In this document: positions 38,938-51,450 of the stretch, piece by piece | How positions within the stretch are numbered: position 1 is the stretch's first letter | Layout: every line of letters begins with the position of its first letter | From: Chiloscyllium plagiosum | Taxonomy: Eukaryota | Assembly: GCF_004010195.1 (NCBI RefSeq) | Contig: NC_057751.1 | Location: forward strand, 13,540,267-13,604,266 | Reading direction: 5' to 3' | Length of the DNA: 64,000 nucleotides | Program-made: the position numbers and the translations under genes | The notes under the pieces: model-generated | Database searches by the model: none | Seen by the model: the letters and a program-made list of their open reading frames with translations, nothing else | What the model was told of the DNA's origin: nothing

Positions 38938-39372
38938 AGGATGATGATACTAAACGAGTATTTTGCATCAGTGTTTCCTGTGGAGAAGGATATGGAAGGT
39001 AGCGATCATGGGGGAATAAGTAGTGACATCTTGAAAAGTGTCCACATTACAGAGAAGAAGGTGCTGGATGTCCTAAAGGTGGATAAATCCCTGGAACATG
39101 ATCACATGACCCATAGAACTTTGTGGGAAGCCAGGGGATAGATTGCTGGACCCCTTGTGAGTTGCCAGAAGGCTGGAAGTTAGCTAAAGTGGTGCCTCTA
39201 TTTAAGAAAGGCGGTAAGGAAAAGCCAGGGAATATAGACCGGTGAACCTGACATCAATGGTGGGTAAATTGTTGGAAGGAGTTCAGAGGGGCAGGATTTT
39301 CATGTATTTTAAAAGCCAAGGACTGAGTAGGGATAGTCAAAATGACTGTGTGCATGAGAAATCATGCCTTAC
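38938..39372 (+). mobile_element. CR1-like LINE fragment
   Basis: ILNEYFASVFPVEKDME, VPLFKKGGKEKPG, NLTSMVGKLLEG. Confidence 0.85.
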
Positions 39373-41405
39373 TCTCAAATATGACACCAAGGTTGCAAAG
39401 AGTCTAGTTCAGATTGAGACAGTTGTCTGAAAGTGGGATGAAGTCCACAGTTAGGGAAATTGTAACAGGGGCCAAATATAATGATTTCAGTCTTCCCAAT
39501 GTTTACAGTCAGATCAGCTCAAATAAACTCCTAAGATAAATGAAAACTTTGAAAGAACTACAGAAAAAAGTATCAGAGTTAAGAAAGTGAATGAATTGCC
39601 AAAAAAAAGGTAGCCAAAGAGCAAAAGCATATAGAAAATTTCAAAAAAAAGAAGAAATAATAAATGAAAATATGTGAGAAAGAAATAGAGAAGACAAGTG
39701 GTCATTGAAAGACACAGAGAAAAGATAGAGATGGAAAGAAGCCATTTGTATGAGCAGAATGACAGCTGTAGAAATGCAAAGACATTCTGAAACTATTGTG
39801 CAGAATCTTCTGGTACTTCATCTCAGAAGGAAAGTTCAGAGGTGAGAGAACCACAGCCTAACTTGACCAGAAAGTCTGCTAAATCATATTGTAATATGCT
39901 AGTAGATTGGCAATGAGAGAGCTTTCAGCCAGAACTACAAAGCCATAGTAGGAAGCTCTGCCCATCTAAAGATACTGGCCAGTCAAATTCCATCCTCTCC
40001 AGATCTCGCAGTACATAGCAGAGGTTGTGGGTACTCCTGACACACTACCGCCTAGATCCCCAGAGAGATAGTTTTTTTTCTGGGGTGGAGATCTGGGGAT
40101 TGGGAAAGCTACAGAAAGAGAGGCCAGCAATGTCAGAAGCAAAGTTGGGGGTGTCTCTTCAAAGACTTATCTAATGCAATTGCTGCAGATAAAAGCCACT
40201 TCATCACCAAACTGACAGCCTACCAATATCGATCTATAATTTGCATTGGTCAGCCCTTCCCCATCCTTCGTGAAGCTGACATCATTTCAGCCCAGGTAAG
40301 ATTAGACTTTCAAGCAGTTGTCAATTGACCTCTTACGGCTCTTAATTGGCAGTGGTTGCAATGATCAACCATGTAAATTTAATTTTAGAGGGGCAAGAAG
40401 TGGTTGGATATCTCATACCTGCAATCCCACCTAATAATCTCTTCCTCCTGATTGATATTGGCTTCCTTGCTATTTTTCATGACATTTCTGCTTAATAATG
40501 TTTCCTACAAGTTGATTTCCTCTTTAATGTGTCCTCCTCAATGTCTCTGCCTTTTCATAACAGAGTTCCACAAATTTCTTCCGTTCACTCCAGCATTTCA
40601 TCACTTGTTACTTTCTCTGCCCAAGAGATCCTTTCTTGATTCCTCCAAATCTATATTTTAAAGGTATTTACCGAGTTGATCGCCTCCTCCTGAAAGGTCA
40701 AAATCTCCCATTCATACATAACAATGCTCCAAATAAAGCACTTTTCAGGTCACATTTGAGACATTTATTCAGCTTTCTATTTCGCGACCATCTCTTCTTC
40801 CCTCGTATGGTCTTTCCCATTACTATTCTTGTTCTTATTTCTTTGTTGCATCTTCCATTGCTGATATTCTGCTTCCTAAATAATTGAATTTCTGAACCTG
40901 TTCAGCTTCCCTTCCTTCTCTCAATATCTGAGTACTGCTTGGTGACTTTGAGAAATGCAACATTTTGATTTTGACAATGTCTTGGTTACCTTCCAAAGTT
41001 CATGCCTTCCTGTTAATATTCTACTTACCAGTTCTTGTAATCTTTACTGCAAGTGCTTTGTCATCTGAAGGGTGTCGAGCCCACAAACTTGTGATGCAAA
41101 GTGAATGCTAACAGCATTGGGTTGATTGCCACATCAGCTGAGGGGACCAAGAAGCTCCCACATTCTCAAACTCACCCCTCACTTCACGTACAATAATCCC
41201 CAGATTAAATGCATCACTAGTCATCTCTCTCAAATGAGAATGCAGCCAACGGTCCTCTAGTAATATGGCAACTTTACTTATGTCATCTGAAAATCTAACT
41301 GATGTTATCAACAATTAAATTGAGTGGGATGTGAGGTTGCCATGGCATTTTGCAAACCAATGTATTCTGAAGAATTGCAACTCATCTGTGACTTTGTTAA
41401 TGACT

Positions 41406-42027
41406 TTGGATGTAGGTTTTCTCACTGAGCTGGAAGGTTCATTTTCAGACGTTTCGTCACCATACTAGGTAACATCTTCAGTGATCCTCCAAATGAAGCA
41501 CTGGTGGTGTAGCCCACTTTCTATATATATATTTGAGATTCCTCAGGTTGGCAATGTCATTTCCTGTGGTGACACCATTTCCTATTGTGATGTCATTTCC
41601 TGTTCTTTTTCTCAGGGGTGGTAAATGGGATCCAAGTCAATGTTTTTGTTTGTAGAGTTCTGGTTAGAATGCCATACTTCTAGGAATTCTCATGCATGTC
41701 TCTGTTTGGCTTGTCCTAGGATGGATGTGTTGACCCAGTCAAAGTGGTGTCCTTCCTCATCAGTATGTAAGGATACAAGTGAGAGTGGGTCATGTCATTT
41801 TGTGGCTAGTTGATGTTCATGTATCCTGGTGGCTAGTTTTCTGCCTGTTTGTCCACTGTAATGACATCGCCAACCCTAGGAAACTCAAACATATAAATAG
41901 AAAGCGAGCTACACCACCAGTGCTTCATTTGGAGGCTCACTGAAGATGTCACCTAGTATGGTGATGAAACATCTGAAAACGAACCCTCCAGAACCTCAAC
42001 CTGAGCTACAAATCTTCTCAAGACTCG
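41406..42027 (-). mobile_element. Penelope/Poseidon-type (family C) GIY-YIG 3' fragment with inverted terminal copy
   Basis: Minus strand from about 41855 reads GQTGRKLATRIHEHQLATK*HDPLSLVSLHTDEEGHHFDWVNTSILGQAKQRHA*EFLEVWHS...IDLDPIY; inverted arm at about 41860-42027; TSD CTTTGTTAATG(A/G)CT at 41392-41405 and 42028-42041. Confidence 0.85.
41445..41484 (-). ncRNA. Minimal type I hammerhead ribozyme motif
   Basis: TCA-CTGAAGA-T-GTTACC(TAGTAT)GGTGAC-GAAACGTC-TGA; a mirror copy with CpG-type changes lies at 41937-41976 (+). Confidence 0.7.
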
Positions 42028-42997
42028 CTTTGTTAATGGCTGTTTATCTAAGCAGTTAAAAAAAAACTGCACAATAAAATGTATGATCTATCTTCACAAT
42101 CATGTTGATTGGCTCAAAATTCACCAGAGCAAGGAATCAGAAAGGACTAATGTTCTTACCGAATCTTTGAGCAGTATTATCTCAATTACTATTGTCAAAA
42201 GTTTTTCTTTTACTCACTTGCCCCTCAAAGGAATTCAAGAAGCATTTAGATGCCATAAATGTGTTTGCTCCATGTCTATTTAACGTCTATATTTCCACCA
42301 TTTTAATAAATCTCCTTTCCAATTTCTGCACTTGCCTTCCTCTCATTTTGTGTATTAGCCCTCAGACTTTGCTTGTCTCCATCCCTCAAAGGCCCCTGCA
42401 CTGTATTTTGAACATATGTGGCATCTTGGCTTGGCATTTTATTTGAAAAAAGTCAGCACTTCTTCCATACTGAAGTGTCAGAATGGATGTAATGCCTTCA
42501 GTCTCTGGAGCAACACTTAAAGCCTCAATCTTCTGACTTCAAGCCTAGAAGGCCACTGCTGAGCCAGTTTCGCCAGGTCGTACAAAAGCATATCTTTAGT
42601 ACTGGTTATGCAATCTGTGTCATTTTGCAGTATACCGAATTACATTTATAATCTTTCTCAGCTTTAGAATTGCTTGCAACAACTGAAATTATAATCTTAA
42701 TGTGACCATCCTAGCTGATAGGCTTTTTTTCAGATTCCATGTCAATTATTTTTGCTGGAATCCTTGATTTATTGGATTGATCCTTATAGCTAGAGAAACT
42801 GACATTTTAAAAGGCATTTTTAAAAATTCTGCTTCTTCTTGTATTGTTATGTAGTGTTAATATTATTTTTAATTGACAATGTTTCCCTCCACTTCTGTGC
42901 TCCTTGCAAATTGATAAGAAAGATGAGAAATCTCCAAATTACACATATTGTTAAATTCCCTTAATCCTTAATCCCCGAAACTTGAAAATGCTCTCAC

Positions 42998-43744
42998 CTC
43001 ATGAAAGAGACCAGGTTTCTTTTTCAGTTCTTCGCATTTTCTCTGTTTGCAGATCTGATGTCCAGTCTTGCGATTCTTGCAATTGCTGCATTCCCCACAA
43101 TTATCTTTCCTCATGCAAGGATCACATACCCCACAGCGTTTGCGTTTCTTCTTTTGATAAACAAGTGTATCCACTGAACCCAAGACCGGAGTTTTTAGTT
43201 TAGATGGCATCATTATGGTGTCAACATCACAGTCCTCATAGCTAGACTTAGAATACTCATCGGTCAATTGATGGTCTCCCATTGTTGCCCCACTCTCAAA
43301 GCCCTCTTCAGATGTTTCCTTTGTAAATGCCAAGTTATTATCTGGGTTAATCACAGGTTTCATCTTCTTCAGCATTGCCTTTTTTGTCTTGGGGAAAACG
43401 GAGGTTATAGCAGCAGATGAAGATAACACGGATTTCTTTGCGGATTTATTCCTGATCTTTGAATTCTGGATATCAGACCCAACTAATCCTTTTGACTTCC
43501 CAATAGGCTTGATGAGAACAGGACCTTCCGTTTGGTTTATAAAAGAATGAAACGCGTACTGTCTTCGCGATCCTGCATTAGAATTTCCAGATGCGTGGAC
43601 TGAGTTCCCATTCAGTTGATTGATTTTCCCTGATTCCACACCATTGATGGCCAATGGCTTTTCCACCAGACTCAAATCTTCTTTTGTCCACTGCCCGTTT
43701 TTATCTGATAACGTACTGTTATGGTATTCTGTGGAGTCGAGCAT
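42998..43744 (-). CDS. TET3: First coding exon of a TET-family (TET3-like) gene; N-terminal region ending in a CXXC zinc finger
   Basis: Open frame MLDSTEYH...[52 protein letters not shown], a complete 8-Cys CXXC domain of the TET1/TET3/CXXC4/CXXC5 subtype. There is an in-frame TGA 18 nt upstream of the ATG at 43744 (the ORF track's 43750 start is TTG). Phase-0 donor GAG|GTGAGA at 42998/42997; acceptor tttttttctcttag|A at 43901/43900. The tail KKKPGLFHE| has the same spacing as TET3 KKKVGLLKE| as I recall it, and the N-terminus does not resemble TET1 or CXXC4/5. The paralog call is tentative (about 0.55); the domain call is secure. Confidence 0.85.
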
Positions 43745-43900
43745 GTTCAAACACAGTTTTCATCATCTAAAACACCTCAAAACAAGTTATCAGTGCTTCA
43801 TCACCATCATCTGAGCCCAATTTCTTCCACACACACTGCTTTTCATCTTGGTTGCTTTCGCTTGGATCAGAAGTCTTGTTCGGAGTTCGGTGAAAAACGT
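43745..43900 (-). other. 5' UTR part of the CXXC exon, containing two uORFs
   Basis: Lies between the acceptor at 43900 and the main ATG. uORF 43846-43790 reads MKSSVCGRNWAQMMVMKH*; uORF 43766-43719 reads [15 protein letters not shown] and overlaps the main start. Confidence 0.65.
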
Positions 43901-43984
43901 CTAAGAGAAAAAAATAATGTGACTGAAACCAAAGTTTGATTGTAAACCTTAATTCTGAACTGAAGTTCACTGAAACCAAGAAGG

Positions 43985-44110
43985 AACGAGACGTGATCGC
44001 ATCTAAACACAGATCTCCACAGGGCGCGTACCTGCAAGATGTTTGGGCGGGGTTTGGGGGGAACGAGGTGACAACTGCGACGCACAGCCTCAGGCTAACG
44101 AACGGGCTAT
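43985..44110 (-). promoter_or_regulatory. Small CpG patch; possible proximal promoter or non-coding exon
   Basis: CpG cluster, GGGCGGGG at about 44045-44052, and minus-strand donor CAG|GTACGC at 44032/44031 that would give a 131-nt intron to the 43900 acceptor. Confidence 0.4.
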
Positions 44111-44702
44111 TTAAAATTGAGGGGACTCGGAACTTCTTCCCTTGTCATGCGGTAAATCTTTGGAATTCTGTACCCAAACGGATAGTGGAGTCTCAGATGT
44201 TTTTAGTGTGTTTTCTCACTTTGCAAAACTGAGATTGATAATGTCTTCATATTACAAACATTAAGGGATACAAGGAGAGTGCAGGAAAAAAAAAATGGCC
44301 TTGAAGTGGAAGATCATCAGTCTTTGAATAACTGAGACTGAAACCGTTCAAAAGCCTTAAGAGTCCCCTTTTACCAATTTCCTAGTTTTTATATCAGGTT
44401 TATTATTATGAAAAGATCTATGAAAGGCACCTCAATGCTGAACATTCTTGATGAATCAACAACTTCGTTTGTGTGCAATGCATTGAACATGGTTGATATT
44501 TTTACTTCACATTGGAACAGTTCAGTTTGCAAAACGCAAATTGTAACACTTGGAAAATGCAACAGGAAAAAAAATTAAGATTATTGTGATTGTATAAACT
44601 AAATTTCTTGACTGAAAACAGTGTCAATTATGATTTCAATGTGTCCTAAAATACTTCACTTGGGGAAGGCAATGGCTTCGAGGTATTGTTGCTTATTTAT
44701 GA

Positions 44703-44822
44703 TTTGGAGATACCGGTGTCAGACTGGGGTTAACAAAGTTAAAAATCACATGACACCAGTTTATAGTCCAACAGGTTTATTTGGAAGCACTAGCTTTCGG
44801 AGCGCTGCTCCTTCATCAGCTG
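44703..44822 (-). mobile_element. Penelope family A 3' end starting at a hammerhead with intact core
   Basis: CTGATGA-A-GGAGC(AGC)GCTCC-GAAAGCTA-GTG at 44788-44819, followed by the family A terminus. Confidence 0.8.
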
Positions 44823-44824
44823 GT

Positions 44825-47060
44825 CAAACATGGCTGAGGAATCATCCTGCTGATTACCATATACCATCCCGCCTGGGTGAACAATCAGTATACATCCATA
44901 CTGAGAAGCATTGATAGGGTCAAGGGTGCAGAACATACACTGCAAGGGAGACTTCAGTTTCCACTGCGAGAGGTTCAGCAGTATTACTACTGACTGAGCT
45001 GGTAGAGACCTATGGGCTGAGACACTGGACTGGGTCTATGCAAGATAGTGAGGGAACCAACAAGAGGGAAACACACATTTGATCTCAGCCTCACCAATTT
45101 GCCTGCCACAGTAGCATCTTTACATGACAGTATCAATAAGAGTGACCACCACACAGTCCCTGTGGCTTTGAAGTTCCACCTTTACGCTGATGATACCTTG
45201 CACTGTGTTGTGTGGCACCACCTCTGTCCTAAATGGAAGAGACTTCTAACAGAGCTAGCAACTGGGCATCCATGAAGCACTGTAGACTATTAGTAGCAGT
45301 TGAATTGTACTTCAGTCTGCAGCTTCACACTCCAACATGTTCACCACTTTATCATTACCATCAAATCAGGAGAGTGTGGGAGGACATGACAGGGGCAGAA
45401 ACAGATATACATAAAAATGATGTGTCAACCTGGTGAGCTACAAAAAGAACAAGGTTAATTGCATGCTGAATTGCGTGAACATCAAGTGCAAGACAAAGCT
45501 AAGTGTTTGTCTAACCAATGTATCAGCAGTAAGCTATGCATTACTGCCACATCCCAACATGAGTTGTGGTGGACAAGGAAACAATTCACTGGAGGAGGAG
45601 AAGGCTCCACAAATGCCCCCATCTTGAATCATTGAGAATCCCGGCACATGAATGCAAAAGATCAGGATGAAGAATTCTCAACAATCTTGAGTGAGAAATT
45701 CTGAGTGAATGATCTATCTTGGCCTCTTCCAGAGATTCCCAGCATCACAGGCACTAGTTTTCAGCAAATACGATTCATTCCACATGATATCAAGAATGAG
45801 CTAGAGGCAATGGATACTGTAAAGTTTAAGGTTCCTAGCACAAGTACTGAAGATATGTGCTGTAGATTTTGCCACATCCCGAGCAGTCTTATTCCAGTAC
45901 AGGTTTAAAACTGGCATCTCGGCAACAATGTGGAAAATTATCCAGGTATGCCCTCTACAAAAAAAACAAGTGAAATCCAGCCAGACCAATGAGTGCCTCA
46001 TCGGTCTACTCTCAGTCAGCAGTGAAATGATGGAAGGTATCATCAACAGTGCTATCAGGCAGCACTTGCTTAGGCAATAACCTGCTCACTGATATTCAGG
46101 ACCACTTAGCTCCTGACCTCATTACAGCCTTAGTTTAAACAAGGACAAAAGCACTAAATTCCAGGGGTAAGATGTGAGTGACAATCCTTGACATCAAGGC
46201 TGCAAGAGGGGCATTAATGACTCAGAGCAAAACTGGAGTCATTGGGATACAGGGGGCAAATTGTCCACTGAGGATTTGGAGTCATACCTGGCACAAAGGA
46301 AGGCAAGTGTGGTTTTTGAAGATCAGTAATCTTAGCTCCCAGATATATCTGCAGGAGGTCCTTAGGACTAACCATCTTCGGCCACTTGATCAATGATCTT
46401 CCCTTATTGTAAAGTCAGAATTGGGCATGTTCCATTGATGATTGTACAATGTTCAGCACCATTTGTGTCTCCTCAGATACTGAAGCTGACTATGTCCAAA
46501 TGCAATATATCATGTTTGGGCTGAAAACTGACAAGTAACATTTGTGGCATACAGGTTGCAGGCAATGACTATCTTCAACAAGAAAGAATCATTGTGTCTT
46601 GATATTTCATGGCATTACTATCCCTCAATATCTGTCTGTATCAACACCTGGACTTTACCATTGACGAGAACCTGAACTGGACAAGCCATATTATTATTGT
46701 GGCTATAATGGCAGGTCAGAGGCTTGGAATCTTGCAGTGAGCAACTCACCCCCAACTCCTAAAGTCTATCCACAAACTGGAAAGTATGAATCAGGACTAT
46801 AATGGATTGGTGCACACTTGTCAGGATAAGTGCAACTTCAACATCGTTCAAGGCAAAGCAGCCTACTTGATTAGCATCACATCCATAAACATACAGTCCT
46901 CATGAGTTCAAAAGATATATGATCAGAATTCGGCCCATCAAGTCCGCTCCCCACAAACAATCAGTTCTGTTTACCATCTATAAAGATCTACTGCAGAAAT
47001 TCACCAAATCTCCTTAGAGAGCAGTTTCCAAACTTAAGATCACTGCCAATAAAAATGGTA
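44825..47060 (+). mobile_element. CR1/L2-group LINE (second family), degenerate ORF2
   Basis: Endonuclease motif VREPTRGKHTFDLSLTN...SDHHTV, then RT and 3' region matching 36300-38080. Confidence 0.8.
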
Positions 47061-47200
47061 AAGGTGAAAAGTGGAACCTTTTATACCGAGTGTAGTGTTG
47101 GCTTTGGGGATTGGCTAGCTCAGTTGACTAGATGACTGGTTTGCAATGCAGAATGAGACAAACATTGTGATTTTAACTCCTTCACTGGTTTAAGTTACTT

Positions 47201-47912
47201 TGAATTGAATTGAATATATTGTCACGCAGACCGAAGCACAGTGCAAAGCTTTGTCTTGCGAGCGATACAGGCAGATTACAAAGTAACACAGATAAGTAAA
47301 TAGGAGGTAAACAGCAGCAAAAACAAAAACACAGGGACAGACAAATGTTAAGAGTTTGTGTCCATTCAGTATTCTAACAGTAGGGTAGAAATTGTTTCGA
47401 AATCAGCTGGTGCGTGTGTTCAGGTATGTATACCTTCACCCCGATGGTAGAGGTTGTAGAAAAACATTGCCAGGGTGGGATGCATCTTTGAAAATGCTGG
47501 CAGCCTTTTCTTGACAGCGGGCCTGGTAGGTGGACTCTACAGATGGGAGATTGGCCTTTGTGATTGTCCGGGTTGAGTTTACCACTCTCTGTAACCGTCT
47601 CCAACATTGAATGGTACAGTTGCCATACCAGGTAGTGATACATCCAGACAGAATGCTCTCAATGGCGCACCTATAAAAGTTGGCAAGGATATTCGCCGTC
47701 ATGCCAAATTTCCTCAGCTGCCTGAGGAGGAAGAGACATTGTTGGGCCTTTGTAACCAGTGCATCCACATGAAGAGTCCAAGAAAGCTTGTTGTAGATGA
47801 CCACTCCCAGGAGCTTGACACTCTCCACTAATTCCACCTCTTTGCTGTTAATGTGTAGGAGGGCATGAGTAACATCTCACCGACAGTCATTAATGAGTTC
47901 CTTGGGTTTACC
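47201..47912 (-). mobile_element. Rex1/Babar-clade LINE 3' portion inserted in a SINE
   Basis: VESVKLLGVVIYNKLSWTLHVDALVTKAQQCLFLLRQLRKFG...FYRCAIESILSGCITTWYG; (CAATT)n tail. Confidence 0.85.
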
Positions 47913-48647
47913 AGCATGAAGGTCTCAACTTTGCTTAATGTATGATGACTCTTAGGTTAAATCACCAATAGTTACTTGTCTCTGAAAGAGTGGGACAATA
48001 GTGACTTTACCTTTATCCGGCATGGCTTGATTTGGGTCAATTCCTCTCTTTGACTTTAACTAGACCTTCTCACAGTGGCAGTTCAAACTTTAGGTGGGTC
48101 TCCTAGCAGAAATTCTGGTGTCATGACCTTTGAGATGGCAATTGCTGCTGCTTTGCTTCACCCGACCCTGAATCTCATAGGTTTTCTCTTCCCTGTTGAT
48201 GACTGTCACAGGTCCCCAATTGCACCACACTCCCTTCCCACTGCCTCTCAGTTTTCACCAGGGGTCAAAACAATGTTCAAACTTCAAATAGATTCACAGT
48301 TGAAAAAAGGAAGATACATTAACATCTGGGATAGTTATCTTTCAAAATTGTGCAATAGTCCCGATTGTGGAATTTATTTTTGGAACCCATTCAATCTTAA
48401 TTGTTCAGAAAGGGAAATATTATTGTCACACACAAGAATGAGTTTAGAGAATTAGTAAAAATTGAATTGTAAGTGTTTCTTATGACCAATCACCTGCTAC
48501 TTCTAAAGAAAATAGGAAAGTAAACCATGAAAAAAAAGTAACTCATTAAAAGTAAGAATAAGCAAATGCTTACAAATTGATAAATGTTTCAGAGTAATAT
48601 GTCCAATGAACATGTGCAGAGAACAAAAAAAATAGAAATATGGCAGG

Positions 48648-49326
48648 AGTCTTGAAAGTGGAGTCTCAGGTAGGTAGGCCAGTGAAAAAGACATTTAATA
48701 TGCTTTCCTTTATTAGTCAGAGCACTGAGTATATGAGTTGGGAGTTCATGTTGTACAGGACATTGGTTAGGCCACTTTTGGTATATTGTGTGCAATTCTG
48801 ATGTCCCTCCTTTAGGAAAGATGTTGTGAAGCTTGAAAGGATTCAGAAAAGATTCACAAAGATGTTGCCAGGGCTGGAGGGTTTGAGCTATAGGGAGAGG
48901 TTGAATAGGCTGGGGCTGTTTTCCATGGAGCATCGGAGGCTGAGTGGTGACCTTATAGAAGTTTATAAAATCTTGAGTGGCATGGATAGAATAAATAGGA
49001 AGATCTTTTCCCTGTGTTGGGGGGAGTCCAAAATTATAGGGTATAGGTTTAAATTGAGAGGAGAAAGGTTTAAAAGGGACCTAAAGGGTAACTTTTTCCC
49101 ACAGAGGTGGAATGAGCTGCCAGAGGAAGTGGTGAAGGCTGGTTACAATGACAGCATTTAAAAGACACCTGGATGGGTACATGAATAGGAAGGGTTTAGA
49201 GGGATATGTGCCAAGTGCTGGCAAGTGAGACTAGATTAATTTAGGATATCTGGTCAGCATGGATGAGTTGGGCCGAAGGGTCTGTTTCCATGCTGTACAT
49301 CTCTATGACTCTATGACTATGACTCA
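48648..49326 (+). mobile_element. CR1/HER1-like LINE 3' portion
   Basis: KLERIQKRFTKMLPGLEGLSYRERLNRLGLFSME; tail CTATGACTCTATGACTATGACTC. Confidence 0.9.
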
Positions 49327-49799
49327 ATGAGTTGGGCACACAGCCTCTGTGCTTGCTCTGCTTTTCAAAAAGACGATTCAGACATGGCCTCAATTTCACA
49401 TTTCAGCTCGTTCGCCATGACTTTCCACTGCCCTTTAGTTCAAGGACCTGTTTGTCAGCCTTAGCTTCCACAATCCACAGGAGACCACAATTTCAAACAT
49501 TCAGGATCCCTGAGTAAAATTAAAGGTGAGTGGAGTGGAAAATTAGGTTCTCGAGTTGGAAAGTTTAGGTATTCATCTGATAGGTCCATTGTTCTTTTCC
49601 TTGAATTTCTAAGAAGTAATCGATTCCCTAGACTTCTCTGTTTTGATAAAGTATTTAACATATACTGATCCATTTGCCTAAAGGAACCCACAAGACAAAC
49701 TTGGAAAATGTCCCCCCTTTTTCTTTGCAACTGTTCAACGTTACCACTTGAATACTTTGAAATTATTTTTGATAATTGTTCATTTCAAAATAATTTTGC

Positions 49800-51450
49800 T
49801 GGAAAATTCTAATCGTTAATATGCCCGAACGATCAGCTTTGCGCGTTTACAATTCCAGATTAAAAACATTGGGAGGAGTGCTGTGTGTTTGCAATTGAGT
49901 TTGAAGGTCTTTGTTCCCATCACCGGGATCTAGTCATTAACTGACAGATCACAAAGCCAGCACAGGCCTCTATTTCGTCTTAAGCTTTACGAATTTCTCT
50001 GATGTGAATTAATTCAATAATTGACGCTGGCAAACACTGTAATAACTTTTCATGCAGGTTGGGAAGTATTCCGAACAGTGAAAGCGATATGACTTCCTCT
50101 GCCAACAATGGATGTGTGACAAAGCCTGATCTGCTCACCAACATATTTGGCCGGAACCGAGTGAAAATACGATTTCGCCGCTATTGGGATCGAGTTGCAC
50201 AGGGATTGGTTTATCCTGACGTTCAAACAACACGCTTCTCTTCATTTAAATGAGTCCCTAACTCATTTCAATCAGTCTGGTCGGACTGTTGCCGGGGGAA
50301 AAAAAGTTCCAAGACTTCCTTAAAGCCCCAGCCCTCAGCACGTGGCTGAGAAAAAAGGGGAACTTTAAAGTGCCATACTTTAAAACAGCGTTGAATATCT
50401 TCAAAGTGCGTGGTCGGGGAACAGAATGGATTCACAAGCCGTTTGCAATAGTGTACATCCCAGACCTCCGACCCAGCCGCGCTTGGCTTGGAATAGCACA
50501 GGCGGGCTCAAACAATAGAATGAAATTGCAAATGTACAGGCCCGCCGTGCATATGACTATGTATCGTAACATAGTGCACGGTACACAAGGACTGAACAAC
50601 TAAAATGACTTTTTTTTTGGATACAATTGTTTCTTTTGACAAATTCGATCTCGTCGCGTCCGTCTGTCTCATTGAATTTCCGAGTTGCTTTGTTATGGTA
50701 TTCGATGTTACTTTAAAGAAAAGAACCTGGAGTTGCTTGTTCCTTTTTAAAAAAAAATATAGTGACTATAATGTAAGTGAATCCGTACATATCAAATGAA
50801 GATAGTTCTCTGAACAAAGCGTGACTTACCGGGCGAAAGAACGCCTGAACTAATGTTGTCTTTGGAAGAATGAAGTCACATTGTTCACGACAGTGAAAGT
50901 GCAAGTGATCGTTTGAAAAGTCTGCAGAAAGATGAAAGAGTCCCCAGAAAGGCACCGCACGTTGCAAGCGTAAAGCCCAGAAGCAACGTGTGTTGCAAGT
51001 GATAAAAGGGAAGCAGTTTAGCAGAACACTCCCGGGCCCCCGTCCCCTTAGCGGCAAAATGAGGTTAATGTGTAAGAACCGTCGCTTAGAAACTGTGAAA
51101 CTGACGGGGCGGTTGGGGGTTGGGGGGAGAGGCGGTGGGAGGCATCATCAACGTCGGTCTTCCTGACGAGCAAAAGGAAGACTTTTCTTGCCAAATCCAG
51201 GAACAGCTGTCTGACATAAATCAACACCGCAGTAAACCTTTATAAATGTCGCAAATATTTCCCAAGATTTCCCTTGTCTCGACTGATTTCAGTCTAAGTC
51301 GCTTAAATCGATTCGTGGTTGGTACTTTGTACTCTGGAAATGTGATGTCCTTAACTGAACTCCTGTAAAAAAGCATTGCGACTCAACAGCTGGACTTTCC
51401 GGGTTTTGCCAAATTTTTGCACGGTGAATATTCTTTCAAGTCAGTCATTT
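49800..51450 (-). promoter_or_regulatory. CpG-enriched, repeat-free promoter-like region with a probable non-coding first exon
   Basis: Visibly more CpG than the CpG-depleted background. GC-box-like GGGGCGG near 51105-51112; consensus minus-strand donor CCG|GTAAGT at 50830/50829; about 7 kb upstream of the CXXC exon in the right orientation. Confidence 0.6.

Noticed and set aside
43745..43750. ORF-track start MNM at 43750
   Set aside because: The codon is TTG; the first in-frame ATG is at 43744.
48075..48455. 126-aa ORF (also 51376-51753, 56231-56668, 28930-29301)
   Set aside because: Non-ATG starts, no motif or splice support; some are antisense to repeats.
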